DNA from: Alphaproteobacteria bacterium
GTDB lineage: Bacteria; Pseudomonadota; Alphaproteobacteria; RF32; CAG-239
NCBI GenBank assembly: GCA_017457005.1
Contig: JAFTII010000006.1
Coordinates: forward strand, 1-56,939
DNA: 56,939 nucleotides
Reading direction: 5' to 3'
Part shown: in pieces, positions 1-10,378 of the stretch
Layout of the letters: each line of letters opens with the position of its first letter
Numbering within the stretch: position 1 is the first letter of the stretch
Made by a program: the position numbers and the translations under genes
Notes under the pieces: generated by a model
Databases searched by the model: none
What the model was told of the DNA's origin: nothing
Seen by the model: only the letters and a program-made list of their open reading frames with translations

Positions 1-1
1 T

Positions 2-2038
2 AATAGTACAGATTTAGGTTGTGATACTTATTGGTCTGATTGCTCAACTAAGTGTGAAGTCGGAAAGACCTGTGTACCAACCGACTGTTCGGCTTATACA
101 CTGACTTCTTGTCCTGCCAATACCACTTGTGAGAGTTGTGATATAGGATGTAATCAGGGAACTAAGTATAAAGTTACCAAGTGTTCACTTGGATATTATT
201 TGCAAAATGGAGTTTGTACAAAGATAGATGGTGTTATCGGATTACGTTACAATGTTACCGCAGCCAATGGGTCAGTAAAATTTACAACGGGGAGTTCATC
301 TAATGAATCCGGAAGTTTTACTGTAGATTGGGGTGATGGAATTGTAGAAAGTTATAATGGAAATACTTCAGTTTCGCATACTTATACAGAAACAGGAGAT
401 TTTGATATTGTACTTAATGGAGATATAAAATATTTTGCTACGTCAACATCAACTAACGCAAATATAACCCACCTGTTAAGTCTGAATTTACCTAGTGTTT
501 TAAGCTATAGCAAAGCTTTTCACAATAAAACAACTATTATAAGTACTATCCCTGAACTTCCGCCTAATTTGACAAATGGGTATTGGATGTTTTATGGTTG
601 CACAAAATTAACAGGAAATATTCCTATATTACCAGATACACTTGTAGATGGTACTTCTATGTTTGCTAGATGTGAAAAATTAAGTGGAGATATTCCAAAA
701 TTGCCCTCAACATTGACAGAAGTTGTAGGTATGTTTCAATTATGTAAAGGATTAAAGGGAACTCTTGATAATGCTAATCTTGAAAATACTCAAATTAGAG
801 ATGGTCGTTCAATGTTTGAGTATTGTTCTGGTTTAACCGGAAGTATTCCGGCTTTACCATCAACGTTGGTTTATGCTAACAGAATGTTTAGTGATTGTAG
901 CAGTTTAAATGGAAGTCTTAGCAGTACCAATTTAAATAACACCAGTATTGTTTATGCGGATGAGATGTTTTATGGGTGTAGTAATTTGACTGGTAACATT
1001 CCTGAATTGCCAACCTCTTTGACTTATGCTAATTCTATGTTTAGTAGTTGCAGTAAATTGACGGGTAGTATACCTGAGTTACCATCGGGGTTGATTGAAG
1101 CCATATCTATGTTTGCTAATTGTAGTAATTTAGATGGAACTATTGCAAATTCTAATCTTGGTAACACACAGATAAGTGATGGCTATACAATGTTTGCCAA
1201 TTGTACTAAGTTGACAGGTCAAATTCCATCATTACCTTCAATGTTAACCGGTGGTTCATACATGTTTAGCGGTTGTGAAAATTTAACAGGCAATATTCCT
1301 GAATTGCCATCAGGATTGACAGATGGAAGCAACATGTTTTATGGTTGCAGAGGTTTAACCGGTGGCATTCCAACTTTACCAGATAGTTTGACTAATGGCT
1401 ATAGTATGTTTGAGGATTGTACTTCTTTAAATGGTGTGATAACAAATTTACCGCAATCTTTACAAAACGGAAGATTTATGTTTTCTCAGTGTTATAATTT
1501 ATCTGGCGAGATACCTGAATTACCGGATACATTAGTAGATGCAGGAAGTATGTTTTCCGATCTTACTTGGGTTGAAGGAAATATCCCCGAACTCCCTCCA
1601 TATCTTGAAGATGCTAATCACATGTTTTCCGGTTGTAAAAATTTATCAGGCTCAATTCCTGAGTTGCCTCAAGCTTTAACTAATGGAAGTGGTATGTTCT
1701 CTAATTGTCTAGGTTTAACCGGTTCAATTCCTCAACTTCCGGATGGTTTGTATAATGCGCAAGGAATGTTTATGGATTGCACAGGTCTTGAAGGGGCTTT
1801 TCCGGAATTGCCTGATAGTTTAACAGAAGGGGCGGAAATGTTTCAAAATTGTACAGGTCTTTCAGGTGAGGTCAACAGCCTTCCTTCTAATTTGTTCAGA
1901 GCCGGAAAAATGTTTTATAATTGTACTAATTTAACGGGAACATCTCCCACAAAACCATCTGGTTTAAGGTATTATACTGATATATTTTATGGTACTACTG
2001 TTACCAATGACGGTTCTTGGCCAGATAGTGCTTGGTAA
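2..2038 (+). CDS. BspA-type leucine-rich-repeat surface protein (DUF285 / 26-residue repeat family), 5'-truncated by the window edge
   Basis: Frame 2 is open from nt 2, so the TTG at 200 used by the ORF track is not a real start. The visible N-terminus has 11 Cys in about 70 aa. It is followed by about 20 tandem ~26-aa units with consensus L(T/S)GxIPELPxxLxxxxxMFxxCxxL. Confidence 0.8.
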   Translation, partial: NSTDLGCDTYWSDCSTKCEVGKTCVPTDCSAYTLTSCPANTTCESCDIGCNQGTKYKVTKCSLGYYLQNGVCTKIDGVIGLRYNVTAANGSVKFTTGSSSNESGSFTVDWGDGIVESYNGNTSVSHTYTETGDFDIVLNGDIKYFATSTSTNANITHLLSLNLPSVLSYSKAFHNKTTIISTIPELPPNLTNGYWMFYGCTKLTGNIPILPDTLVDGTSMFARCEKLSGDIPKLPSTLTEVVGMFQLCKGLKGTLDNANLENTQIRDGRSMFEYCSGLTGSIPALPSTLVYANRMFSDCSSLNGSLSSTNLNNTSIVYADEMFYGCSNLTGNIPELPTSLTYANSMFSSCSKLTGSIPELPSGLIEAISMFANCSNLDGTIANSNLGNTQISDGYTMFANCTKLTGQIPSLPSMLTGGSYMFSGCENLTGNIPELPSGLTDGSNMFYGCRGLTGGIPTLPDSLTNGYSMFEDCTSLNGVITNLPQSLQNGRFMFSQCYNLSGEIPELPDTLVDAGSMFSDLTWVEGNIPELPPYLEDANHMFSGCKNLSGSIPELPQALTNGSGMFSNCLGLTGSIPQLPDGLYNAQGMFMDCTGLEGAFPELPDSLTEGAEMFQNCTGLSGEVNSLPSNLFRAGKMFYNCTNLTGTSPTKPSGLRYYTDIFYGTTVTNDGSWPDSAW
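500..1985 (+). repeat. Tandem ~78-nt (26-aa) LRR coding repeats inside the BspA-like gene
   Basis: The IPELP...MF..C..LTG periodicity is visible across the translated ORF. Three longer units carry N.NL.NT.I. Confidence 0.75.
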
Positions 2039-2043
2039 GATAA

Positions 2044-2070
2044 AAGCTCTAAACTATTAGTTTAGAGCTT
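2044..2070. terminator. Bidirectional hairpin terminator between convergent genes
   Basis: Perfect 12-bp stem aagctctaaact / agtttagagctt with loop att. It lies between the stop at 2038 (+) and the stop at 2080 (-). Confidence 0.7.
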
Positions 2071-2079
2071 CTTATGAAT

Positions 2080-3459
2080 TTATTTTTTCTTACCGCGTTT
2101 GAGCGCTTTTCCTGCATAAGGATTATCTGTTTTGCGTACCGTAATTCTGATAGGAATTCCTCGCATATCAAAATTATCACGCAACTGATTTGTCAGATAA
2201 CTCAAATATGCATCAGGCAAACCTTCAGGATTACTTGAAAATATATAAAATGCCGGCGGACGAGTTTTTGCTTGAGTAATATATCGTAACTTAATACGCC
2301 GTTTGTTTTTGCCAAGTGGAGGCGGATATTTATCAATCATATCAGCAAACCACTGATTTAACGGAGCGGTAGGTATTCGTATGTTCCAACGATCATATAC
2401 CTTAAACACAGCACTCATCAATTTATCTAAATTTTCTTTTTTTAGAGCAGAAATAGTTACTGTCGGAACACCGTTTGCTTGCGCAAGAGAGGTTTGTAAT
2501 TTATCATTTAGACGTTGCAAGGTTTCTTTTCTGTTCGCAATATCCCATTTATTAATGGCTATAACTAACGCTCTGCCTTCATCCAAAACTTGGCGAGCAA
2601 TAGTTAAATCTTGTTTTTCTAATACCGCATCAGCATCCAACACCAACACCACAACTTGAGCCGTAAACGCTGCACTACGAGTATTAGCGGCAGACATTTT
2701 TTCCAGAGAATCAGATACTTTTGCTCTTTTCCGTAGTCCTGCCGTATCAACTAATGTTATTTTTCTTCCTAAATAAGACCATTCGGTAGCTATTGCATCT
2801 CTGGTAACTCCGGCCTCAGGTCCGGTAAGCATGCGTTCGTCATTAAGTAAGGCATTGACTAAAGTGGATTTGCCGACATTCGGACGTCCGACAATTGCCA
2901 GTTTGATTGGTTTTGTGCTATCTGCTTTATTATCAAATCCAATTTCGGATTCTTTTTCCGGCTGGTTTGCTTGAATTTCTTTTAATCCGTCATACAAATC
3001 CAATAGACCTAAACCATGCTCTGCCGAGAACGGTATCGGTTCATTCAAACCTAATTTATAGGCTTCATGGATACTGTCTTCTTGCAATTTACCTTCACAC
3101 TTATTTGCCAAAAGGATTACCGGTTTTCCCATTTGCCGAACCAATTTTGCCAAATGTTCATCATAGGGCTGTAAGCCATCTCTGGCATCAAACATAAATA
3201 AGGTAACATCAGCTTCCGATATCGCTCTTTGTGTTTGTTCCCACATTCTTTTTTCTAAAGAATCTTCTTTAGAGTATTCATATCCTGCAGTGTCTATAAC
3301 TTTAAATTTAAGGTCATTAAGCTTCGCATCAGCTTCTCTTCTGTCACGTGTTACACCGGGTTTATCATGTACTATCGCAGTTTTTCTTCCGCATAGTCGG
3401 TTAAATAATGTAGATTTACCGACATTGGGTCTTCCTATTATTGCAACTTTTAGAACCAT
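2080..3459 (-). CDS. der: Ribosome-biogenesis GTPase Der (EngA), double GTPase domain
   Basis: Two G1 motifs are present (GRPNVGKST twice) together with DTAG motifs and a KH-like C-terminus. The start was moved to MVLKVAIIGRPNVGKS (ATG 3459), 16 nt after the bamB stop. The ORF-track start at 3528 would overlap bamB. Confidence 0.95.
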   Translation of the reverse strand: MVLKVAIIGRPNVGKSTLFNRLCGRKTAIVHDKPGVTRDRREADAKLNDLKFKVIDTAGYEYSKEDSLEKRMWEQTQRAISEADVTLFMFDARDGLQPYDEHLAKLVRQMGKPVILLANKCEGKLQEDSIHEAYKLGLNEPIPFSAEHGLGLLDLYDGLKEIQANQPEKESEIGFDNKADSTKPIKLAIVGRPNVGKSTLVNALLNDERMLTGPEAGVTRDAIATEWSYLGRKITLVDTAGLRKRAKVSDSLEKMSAANTRSAAFTAQVVVLVLDADAVLEKQDLTIARQVLDEGRALVIAINKWDIANRKETLQRLNDKLQTSLAQANGVPTVTISALKKENLDKLMSAVFKVYDRWNIRIPTAPLNQWFADMIDKYPPPLGKNKRRIKLRYITQAKTRPPAFYIFSSNPEGLPDAYLSYLTNQLRDNFDMRGIPIRITVRKTDNPYAGKALKRGKKK

Positions 3460-3475
3460 CTTATTTTTTTCCTGT

Positions 3476-4807
3476 TTATTTATAAGCCAACATTTCAGCT
3501 TCATTAGTCGTAAATATTGTAGTTCCATCTGCTACAATGGGGGTAAGTTCAATGCCTTCATCAGTAGAAACATAACTGATTATTTCTCCGGTATAAGGCG
3601 AAACGGCAAATATATATCCGTTAGAAGTTGTAACCAGTAAACGATTATCTACCAATATCGGACCGGCAGCAAAGATACCGTTTTTATTATCATTGTCATT
3701 ACCTTTAGGAATAGATGTATTCCATATTATTTTTCCGTTGTGTTTGTTAATTGCCAATAATTCAAAATTATTAGTCAATACATAGAGGTAATTACCTGCA
3801 ACCCAAGGCTGATTAGTACTACCGAGTTCTATTTCCCAAATTCTTGTTCCAGTACGAAGTTCAATTGCAGCCAATAAGCTGTTGTAGCCGACCGCAAAAA
3901 CTTTATCTCCGTCTATTACCGGATTTGCTTTTATGGTATCTATTGTTGATAATGAGTTATTGCGCCGGTGCGAAACTAACATATCTGACCACAAAGGTGT
4001 CCCCGTACTGGCTTTAAAAGCTTGCAATTCGCCGTTTGAAAAGGCCGCAACAATAACATCCATTTTTGCATCATAAGCAGGAGAAGCGCCACCAACTAAG
4101 GTTGTTGTTTCATAATCAGTGATATTCTTCCACAATTCACTGCCGTCATCAGCATTTAGAGCATATAAAGTATTATCAAATGTTTGTACTAAAACTCTTC
4201 CGGAATTAACTGTCGGAGCGATTCTGATAGGGGTATCTAAATATTTTTTCCATACTGTTTTTCCTGTTAACATATCAAGACAAAAAACTCCGCCAAATCC
4301 GGTTGTTATATAAATTTTTTTATTGAACTCGGCTATTCCGGCTCCTTTTAGTGAAGAAGATTTTTCTTCTTTATTTTGTGGTTTGAGTCGTTTTTCCCAA
4401 ATTTGATTGCCGTCATCCAAACGTCTTGCGGTAACAATGCCATCGCTATCAACGGCAAAAACAACACCATAGGCAATAACCGGTACACTAATCAAATAAT
4501 TTCTTTTAGAACTGCCTTCTCCAAAGCCTTCATTCCAAAGCTCTTTTAATTTAGGTGAAGCCTGTAAATGTCCCATAAGGTGCATGGCATTACCGCCATT
4601 TTGTGACCATTTATGATTAGTGTATGGCGAAGGAAGTTTTATTTTAGTCTTTCCGGCCTCAAAATCAGGACGTAAAGCACTGTCTTCGGCCATTACATTA
4701 ATGCGTTGCCCGTCAATATCCAATGATTTGTTTCCAAACAATCCGCAACCGCACAACGCTAAAGCCATAAACACACAATTTATTTTTGCTCCGGATAAAA
4801 ACTGCAT
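3476..4807 (-). CDS. bamB: Outer-membrane protein assembly factor BamB-like lipoprotein (PQQ-like beta-propeller)
   Basis: The N-terminus has a signal peptide with a lipobox-like LALCGCG. Beta-propeller blade motifs repeat (..G..W.). The conserved yfgM-bamB-der gene order supports the call. Confidence 0.8.
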   Translation of the reverse strand: MQFLSGAKINCVFMALALCGCGLFGNKSLDIDGQRINVMAEDSALRPDFEAGKTKIKLPSPYTNHKWSQNGGNAMHLMGHLQASPKLKELWNEGFGEGSSKRNYLISVPVIAYGVVFAVDSDGIVTARRLDDGNQIWEKRLKPQNKEEKSSSLKGAGIAEFNKKIYITTGFGGVFCLDMLTGKTVWKKYLDTPIRIAPTVNSGRVLVQTFDNTLYALNADDGSELWKNITDYETTTLVGGASPAYDAKMDVIVAAFSNGELQAFKASTGTPLWSDMLVSHRRNNSLSTIDTIKANPVIDGDKVFAVGYNSLLAAIELRTGTRIWEIELGSTNQPWVAGNYLYVLTNNFELLAINKHNGKIIWNTSIPKGNDNDNKNGIFAAGPILVDNRLLVTTSNGYIFAVSPYTGEIISYVSTDEGIELTPIVADGTTIFTTNEAEMLAYK

Positions 4808-4819
4808 TAGGTTTCTCCA

Positions 4820-5503
4820 CTACTTAATCATATCATTAATAACGCTGATCATATCCATTGCTCTGTTCTTTATTTCTTCAGAACTATTAGCAGAAGCTAC
4901 AATATGTTCATATTCTTTTTTAGCTTCAATAATGTTACCATCACGTATGGCAAGCATTGCTAAAATTTCATGAGCAATATTGTAGTTATGGTTGTCATTG
5001 CTTACTAATGGCTCAAGCAGTAGTTTTATTTCTTCGGAAGGTGTGTCTGTATCCAAAAGTAACATTGCTAATTTTATTGAGGCAATTTCTTTTAATTGCG
5101 GGGTTTTTGCATCGTTTTTGGCAAGATCCGTAAGCACTTCTTTAGCTTCATTATTTTTACCTTGTTGCAGATAAATATTAGCTATCTGTAATTTTGCCAA
5201 ATCACTATATATGCCGCCCTTTTCAGTCAAAGAATTAAGAATTTTAAGCGCATTTTCGGAGTTACCTTGATCGGCCATTGATATTGCTACGGCGTAACTG
5301 TTGGATATTTCTTGTTCTTTTTTGTTTACCCACGCTCTGAATGTTTCAAAACTTACTGCTGCAGTAAGAGCCAATGCAACAAAAACAATAACAAATAGCC
5401 CGTATTTATCCCATAATATTTTGAGCTGATCATTTTTAACTTCTTCACTGACTTCATTAATTAAAGCATCTTCAGCCAGAATATCTTTGTTTTTCTTTTT
5501 CAT
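4820..5503 (-). CDS. YfgM-like membrane-anchored TPR protein
   Basis: It has a single N-terminal TM helix after a charged N-terminus, followed by a TPR-like helical domain. It sits immediately upstream of bamB-der, as in other proteobacteria. Confidence 0.65.
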   Translation of the reverse strand: MKKKNKDILAEDALINEVSEEVKNDQLKILWDKYGLFVIVFVALALTAAVSFETFRAWVNKKEQEISNSYAVAISMADQGNSENALKILNSLTEKGGIYSDLAKLQIANIYLQQGKNNEAKEVLTDLAKNDAKTPQLKEIASIKLAMLLLDTDTPSEEIKLLLEPLVSNDNHNYNIAHEILAMLAIRDGNIIEAKKEYEHIVASANSSEEIKNRAMDMISVINDMIK

Positions 5504-5572
5504 CTTTGACTCCCCAAATAAGCGAAATAATACAGGTTAATATATAGCAATTCTAATAAATATCAAATCAAA

Positions 5573-6751
5573 TTATTTAATAACTTCATGAATTAAAAAA
5601 CACTTAATCCATTTTAAGTCATTTACCGGCAATTTTGCACCAAAAGTTATGGTATTGTTATCTGAAATAATTGAAACAAAATAACGTCCGCTGGCCGGAT
5701 TATGAGATACTTCTATTGCTTCAATATCATCTTTTAAAATTTCATTATGTTTAGTAGAAAATAACATATATTTATGAGTATTAACTATTTTATGCTTTTT
5801 CAGTACGAGTTTTTCTTTTCTGAACAATATTAACAAAGACAATGCAATAAACATTGTTTCCATGAAAATTATACCGTATGCGGAAATTTGCATGTTTTGA
5901 TAAAATAATTTGAAATTCAGCACTGTTAAAACGGTCATGGAAGATACTGCAATAACAGCCATCCAAGCCATAAAGTTATATATGTCCCAAGTGTTTTTTC
6001 GCTTAAGTACAATCTTATCTTTTCTTCTTACATATTTTAGGCTCTCGGGCAGGTCATCATAACTGTCAAAATTGTCGGTAATGACTCCTTTAGCTGCTAA
6101 TTTTTTTAAGGATAAATCCAAGTCTTTGAGATTCCTTGATATTAACCCTTCATCTGTATTGATAAGCGCCGGTAACTTGAAAAAACGAGCATATTCTTTC
6201 CATTTTTTTCTAACCAGCACCGGAGATACAGATATATAAAGCGGGACGTTTTTATTAGGATCTTTATGACACAACTCAATGATATATTTGTTTGTAGTCC
6301 TAATTCCCAGTTGATAAAATACGATTCTGAAACGAACACCCAAAAAGTTTTTAATTTTTTCTTTAATGATTCTTTTTTTCCCAAATATCGGGCGATACCC
6401 TATAAGCATCTGTTTTCCGTCAAATATATACTTGCGATACCTTAAATATGATAAAACTCCGATAATAATTAAACTTAATCCGAACAGAATGAAGACAATA
6501 TCAAAAAACAAAGGAGTAAAAAAAGAATGAGCTACGACGTCATTATTTAACGGCGATATTTTTTCAATATTAGTGTTGGTATATTTAAAACCTCCGATCA
6601 TTTCAAGGACACCCAACGCAACTAACAAAACCCCTGTAACAATTTGAGGAAGCAAAAATCCCCAATTGGTTCGGTCAGATACTTTTGCCGGTTTTTTATT
6701 GAGGTTAAATTCTAATTTATGACTAAAATAGTTGGTTGTACTTTCACTCAT
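5573..6751 (-). CDS. Hypothetical multi-pass membrane protein
   Basis: A 392-aa ORF with several hydrophobic helices at the N-terminus and around aa 255-310. I recognise no family. Confidence 0.5.
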   Translation of the reverse strand: MSESTTNYFSHKLEFNLNKKPAKVSDRTNWGFLLPQIVTGVLLVALGVLEMIGGFKYTNTNIEKISPLNNDVVAHSFFTPLFFDIVFILFGLSLIIIGVLSYLRYRKYIFDGKQMLIGYRPIFGKKRIIKEKIKNFLGVRFRIVFYQLGIRTTNKYIIELCHKDPNKNVPLYISVSPVLVRKKWKEYARFFKLPALINTDEGLISRNLKDLDLSLKKLAAKGVITDNFDSYDDLPESLKYVRRKDKIVLKRKNTWDIYNFMAWMAVIAVSSMTVLTVLNFKLFYQNMQISAYGIIFMETMFIALSLLILFRKEKLVLKKHKIVNTHKYMLFSTKHNEILKDDIEAIEVSHNPASGRYFVSIISDNNTITFGAKLPVNDLKWIKCFLIHEVIK

Positions 6752-6897
6752 TCGTATCTTCTCCCAAAGGATAAAACAACATCATACAAATCTATATTAA
6801 GCCAAAACATTTAAATAATCATCAATTTTTTAATTTATTTTAATAAACTTACGATAATCATACTAATATAACGCAATAAGCATTTAGGAGTAAAAAA

Positions 6898-8604
6898 TTG
6901 GGTAGTATAGAAATATTCACAAATCAGACACACTCAATCATTACATTGTTAGCTTTAGTCGTCATGTTTTTTGTTTGCATATATACGACTAAAGGGCAGG
7001 AAAAACTTTTTGCTCCGTTGTGGCTGTTTTTTTTAGGAGTATTGTTAGACATTGGAGCTAACGGGGTTGCTTCTGCGGCATCGTCCTTATATGCATACGG
7101 AAAAGAGATAAATTTTTATGTTTTTGCAGAATTATTACTCTCATTGGTAGCAATGTTATTTATGGTTTTATCTGCCATCAGTTTTTCTTTAGGCGGTGGA
7201 ACAATGCTGTGGCTAAGTATGATCTTGGGCATAATCGGATTCGTCGCTGTAGGGCTATTTGTTTTTATGTTTCCGGATGGAGAAGTGGTTAATGCAATGC
7301 GCCAAATATTCCCTTTAGCCGGAATAATCACTGCCGCGATAGGGTTTGGCGGACAAATTAAAGGTAAATATAAAAGCGGATTTATTGTTGCCACAATAGT
7401 TTTATCCATCGCCGCTTTGTTATTGGGTATGCGTTTTTTTGGCATAAACTACGGATCATTTTGGTATAATACAGCAATTTGTTATGCTCTTTTATCTTTA
7501 GCAATAATTATGATCAAAGTAGATTTATTAAGTCAAAAAATTGATAAAGATGGCTATGAAATAGAAAAGTACAATAAAAAAATTGAAGATATCATTCGTT
7601 TGTCTCCGTTTCCGATTCTTATATCAAAAGTCGGTGATGATAAGATACTTTTGGCAAATAATAATGCCATTAAATTATTCGGTATAGATATTGATGAGTT
7701 AGAGCGCTACAAATTAAAAGATTTTTTTGCCGATTCCGATAACCGAAAACTATTGAGCGAGCGTTTAGAAAGCGAGCGAGAAGTACAAGACTTTGAGGTT
7801 TTGATAAAAACACCATATTCAAATATGCCTTTTTGGTTGTTAGCCTCAGCAAATATTATTGATTATAATTATGAGCCGGTTTTGTATATGGCGTTTCAAG
7901 ATATAACATCTAGGAAGAATAGAGAAAATGTTCTTCAAAATCAAGCGACTAAGGACCCGTTAACCTCTATTTACAATCGTCGCTATTTTGAAGAAGAAGT
8001 TGCTAAAAGAATTACTATGGCAAAGAAGCAAAAACAAGAATATTCAATTTTGATGCTTGATGCTGACTATTTTAAAAAGGTAAACGATACATACGGACAT
8101 AAACTGGGCGACAGAGTGTTAATAGAGCTTGCTTCTGCCGCCGAGAGTGCTTTACGGGATAATGATATTGTAGCTCGCTATGGCGGAGAGGAGTTTGTAA
8201 TATATTTAGCAAGCGCTTCAGCTTCACAAGGTATTGCTGTCGCTGAACGTTTACGCCAAAGCATAGAAAAAATCGTTGTTTTATCAGAAGATAACCGAGA
8301 AGTTAAATTCACGGTATCTATAGGAGTGTCAACTTCAGAGATTTCCGATAACATAGATGTTTTAATAAAAACTGCAGATGAGGCCTTATATCGCGCAAAA
8401 CAAAACGGACGCAATCGTGTGGAACTGTTTACGCCGGACAATCTTGCAAAGTTCAATAAAGAAAATTTAAGTATGCGTAAGGATGAAAGTAGGAATCAGC
8501 ATCCTGTGTTTGATAAAGAAAATACCGAAGAAATCTCTCTTTTGGACGGAGAGCAGATTATAAATGAAAATCTCTATTCGGAGGACAAGAATGAATTGCT
8601 CTGA
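6898..8604 (+). CDS. Membrane-bound diguanylate cyclase (multi-TM sensor, PAS-like, GGDEF)
   Basis: About 6-7 N-terminal TM helices precede an intact GGEEF motif with an RxxD I-site (RDND) five residues upstream. The DADYFKKVNDTYGH motif is present. TTG start at 6898, 7 nt after AGGAG. Confidence 0.9.
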   Translation: MGSIEIFTNQTHSIITLLALVVMFFVCIYTTKGQEKLFAPLWLFFLGVLLDIGANGVASAASSLYAYGKEINFYVFAELLLSLVAMLFMVLSAISFSLGGGTMLWLSMILGIIGFVAVGLFVFMFPDGEVVNAMRQIFPLAGIITAAIGFGGQIKGKYKSGFIVATIVLSIAALLLGMRFFGINYGSFWYNTAICYALLSLAIIMIKVDLLSQKIDKDGYEIEKYNKKIEDIIRLSPFPILISKVGDDKILLANNNAIKLFGIDIDELERYKLKDFFADSDNRKLLSERLESEREVQDFEVLIKTPYSNMPFWLLASANIIDYNYEPVLYMAFQDITSRKNRENVLQNQATKDPLTSIYNRRYFEEEVAKRITMAKKQKQEYSILMLDADYFKKVNDTYGHKLGDRVLIELASAAESALRDNDIVARYGGEEFVIYLASASASQGIAVAERLRQSIEKIVVLSEDNREVKFTVSIGVSTSEISDNIDVLIKTADEALYRAKQNGRNRVELFTPDNLAKFNKENLSMRKDESRNQHPVFDKENTEEISLLDGEQIINENLYSEDKNELL

Positions 8605-9727
8605 GCAAAGCACTTGCGGAGGTTGTCCCTTTCGTCATAAGAATTTAAATGAGTACCGGAACGATAAATTTTCGCAAATAAAAAAAATCTTATCCCCTTT
8701 ATCTCAATCTTTGCCATGGGGCAAACCTGTTTTTATTGATGACGGAACACGCCGAAGAGCGTCTCTTGCTTTTACATATACTCATAAAAAACTGATATTC
8801 GGTTTTAATCAAAAATCAAGTAATGTCATTATAGATATAAATAGTTGTATGCTCTTAACAGCTCGTCTTAATGCCATATTACCGGAAATCAGAAAGTTAT
8901 TGTCTGAAATTTGCACTATCCCTTATCAAATAAAAAAAGGCAAAAAAATAATACACCAAAACATTTGTAAAGGAGATATCTGGGTATGTGATACTGCTAA
9001 CGGAATAGATATAACTTTGGAATATGATGCTCCGATAGAGCTTGAACACCGTTTAATAATTTCAGATTTTATCAACAATAATTCTGATGTTATTAGAATT
9101 TGTCATCGCCGTAAAAATACAGATTATCCTGAACCGATAGTAGAAAAAAGCAAACCATTTATAACCATATCTTCCTTTAATGTTTATATTCCTTCCGGAA
9201 CCTTTTTACAACCATCCAAAGAAGGCGAACAGGCTCTTATTGATTTAGTTTTGGAATATGCCGGAAATACAAGAAGTAAGATTTTTGATCTATTCTGCGG
9301 AGTTGGAACATTTTCTTATGCATTGTCCGCAAAAAATCCTTTAGCACATATTGTGGCAGTGGATTCGTCAAAGGAATTGTTGCAAGGTTTTCAGGAAAGT
9401 GTAAATCGCAACCGAATTCTTAATATAGAGACAAGCGAGCGCAATTTATTCAAATATCCGCTAACTTCAGAAGAATTTTATGATGCTGAAATAGTTGTTT
9501 TTGATCCGCCAAGAGCCGGAGCATCAGCTCAATCTCAAATGCTGGCAGCTATTCCGACCGATAAAAAACCGCAAAAAGTAATTGCGGTATCGTGCAATCC
9601 GCTAACATTTGTTAATGACGCTAAAATATTGTTACAAGGAGGATATAAATTAGAACACATAAATTTTGTAGATCAATTTATATATTCTAATCACAGTGAA
9701 TTAGTTGCATTATTTACAAAGTTATAA
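8591..9727 (+). CDS. Class I SAM-dependent RNA (uracil-5) methyltransferase, RlmD/TrmA family
   Basis: The N-terminal Cys cluster is CSEQSTCGGCPF. The FDPPRAG and VSCNP motifs are present. The start was moved to ATG 8591, 5 nt after GGAGGA. Confidence 0.8.
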   Translation: MNCSEQSTCGGCPFRHKNLNEYRNDKFSQIKKILSPLSQSLPWGKPVFIDDGTRRRASLAFTYTHKKLIFGFNQKSSNVIIDINSCMLLTARLNAILPEIRKLLSEICTIPYQIKKGKKIIHQNICKGDIWVCDTANGIDITLEYDAPIELEHRLIISDFINNNSDVIRICHRRKNTDYPEPIVEKSKPFITISSFNVYIPSGTFLQPSKEGEQALIDLVLEYAGNTRSKIFDLFCGVGTFSYALSAKNPLAHIVAVDSSKELLQGFQESVNRNRILNIETSERNLFKYPLTSEEFYDAEIVVFDPPRAGASAQSQMLAAIPTDKKPQKVIAVSCNPLTFVNDAKILLQGGYKLEHINFVDQFIYSNHSELVALFTKL

Positions 9728-9750
9728 CTATGTTTTAAGGTAAAACAGAG

Positions 9751-10350
9751 ATGAAAAGAATTTTATTTATATTGCTTTTATTAATTATCTGTTCTTGCGC
9801 AAATAATTCTTCACAGGTTGCGCAAGATGATTGTTTACAAGCCGAATGTCCGAATATTTTTATTTCAACTTCAAATTATCAGTTGACCCAAATAGTAAAC
9901 TATTCAAAAAATTTTAAGGTGGAATTAGTCGGCTATAGCGGATATTGCTATACATATTTGCCTGCAAATATGCGGTTTGCGATTATTACTCCGCAATTGA
10001 AAGTAACACGTTTGCGTCCTTCCCAAGATACTGAAGTTGATTTTTCTTTTTATGCCAAAACTCAAAAAGGTCCGCCTGAGTTTTTGGGAAAGCGCAGTTA
10101 TTTTGCTTCTGTTGATATTCCCAATCAGGAAACGGAGGTCAGTCTTGAGCCGATAAGAGTGCGGATTCCCTTAAAAAATGATAGCTTTGAAATTGAATTG
10201 GGGTTGGATTTGTCATTGGCTGAGAAAAAATATAACCAATCCGCTTCGGATAAAAATCGGATACCGGATACCGAGTTAACAACAAAAAAACAACCGCAAG
10301 AAAAGTTAGCAGAGACCTCTGAAAAAGCTAAATGTGGCTGCGGATTATAA
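9751..10350 (+). CDS. Hypothetical lipoprotein
   Basis: The signal peptide ends in a lipobox-like LIICSC. No family recognised. Confidence 0.55.
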   Translation: MKRILFILLLLIICSCANNSSQVAQDDCLQAECPNIFISTSNYQLTQIVNYSKNFKVELVGYSGYCYTYLPANMRFAIITPQLKVTRLRPSQDTEVDFSFYAKTQKGPPEFLGKRSYFASVDIPNQETEVSLEPIRVRIPLKNDSFEIELGLDLSLAEKKYNQSASDKNRIPDTELTTKKQPQEKLAETSEKAKCGCGL

Positions 10351-10378
10351 TTTTATTCATATAAAAAAGGAGAAACTG

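Noticed and set aside
500-1985. The regular ~78-nt periodic repeats at the left edge could be mistaken for a CRISPR-like array or for a diversity-generating-retroelement target.
   Set aside because: The periodicity is protein-coding (LRR units in one continuous ORF). There are no identical direct repeats with unique spacers, and no reverse transcriptase or template repeat in the window.
3460-3528. Long N-terminal extensions in the ORF track for der (3528), tkt (10334), the ferritin-like gene (13166), the first MsbA-like gene (21331), tcdA (32626), GT4 (56396) and the 160-aa membrane protein (52861).
   Set aside because: Each extension overlaps the upstream gene or uses a non-ATG codon without a Shine-Dalgarno sequence. 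An internal ATG with a well-spaced GGAG-type site coincides with the conserved family N-terminus.
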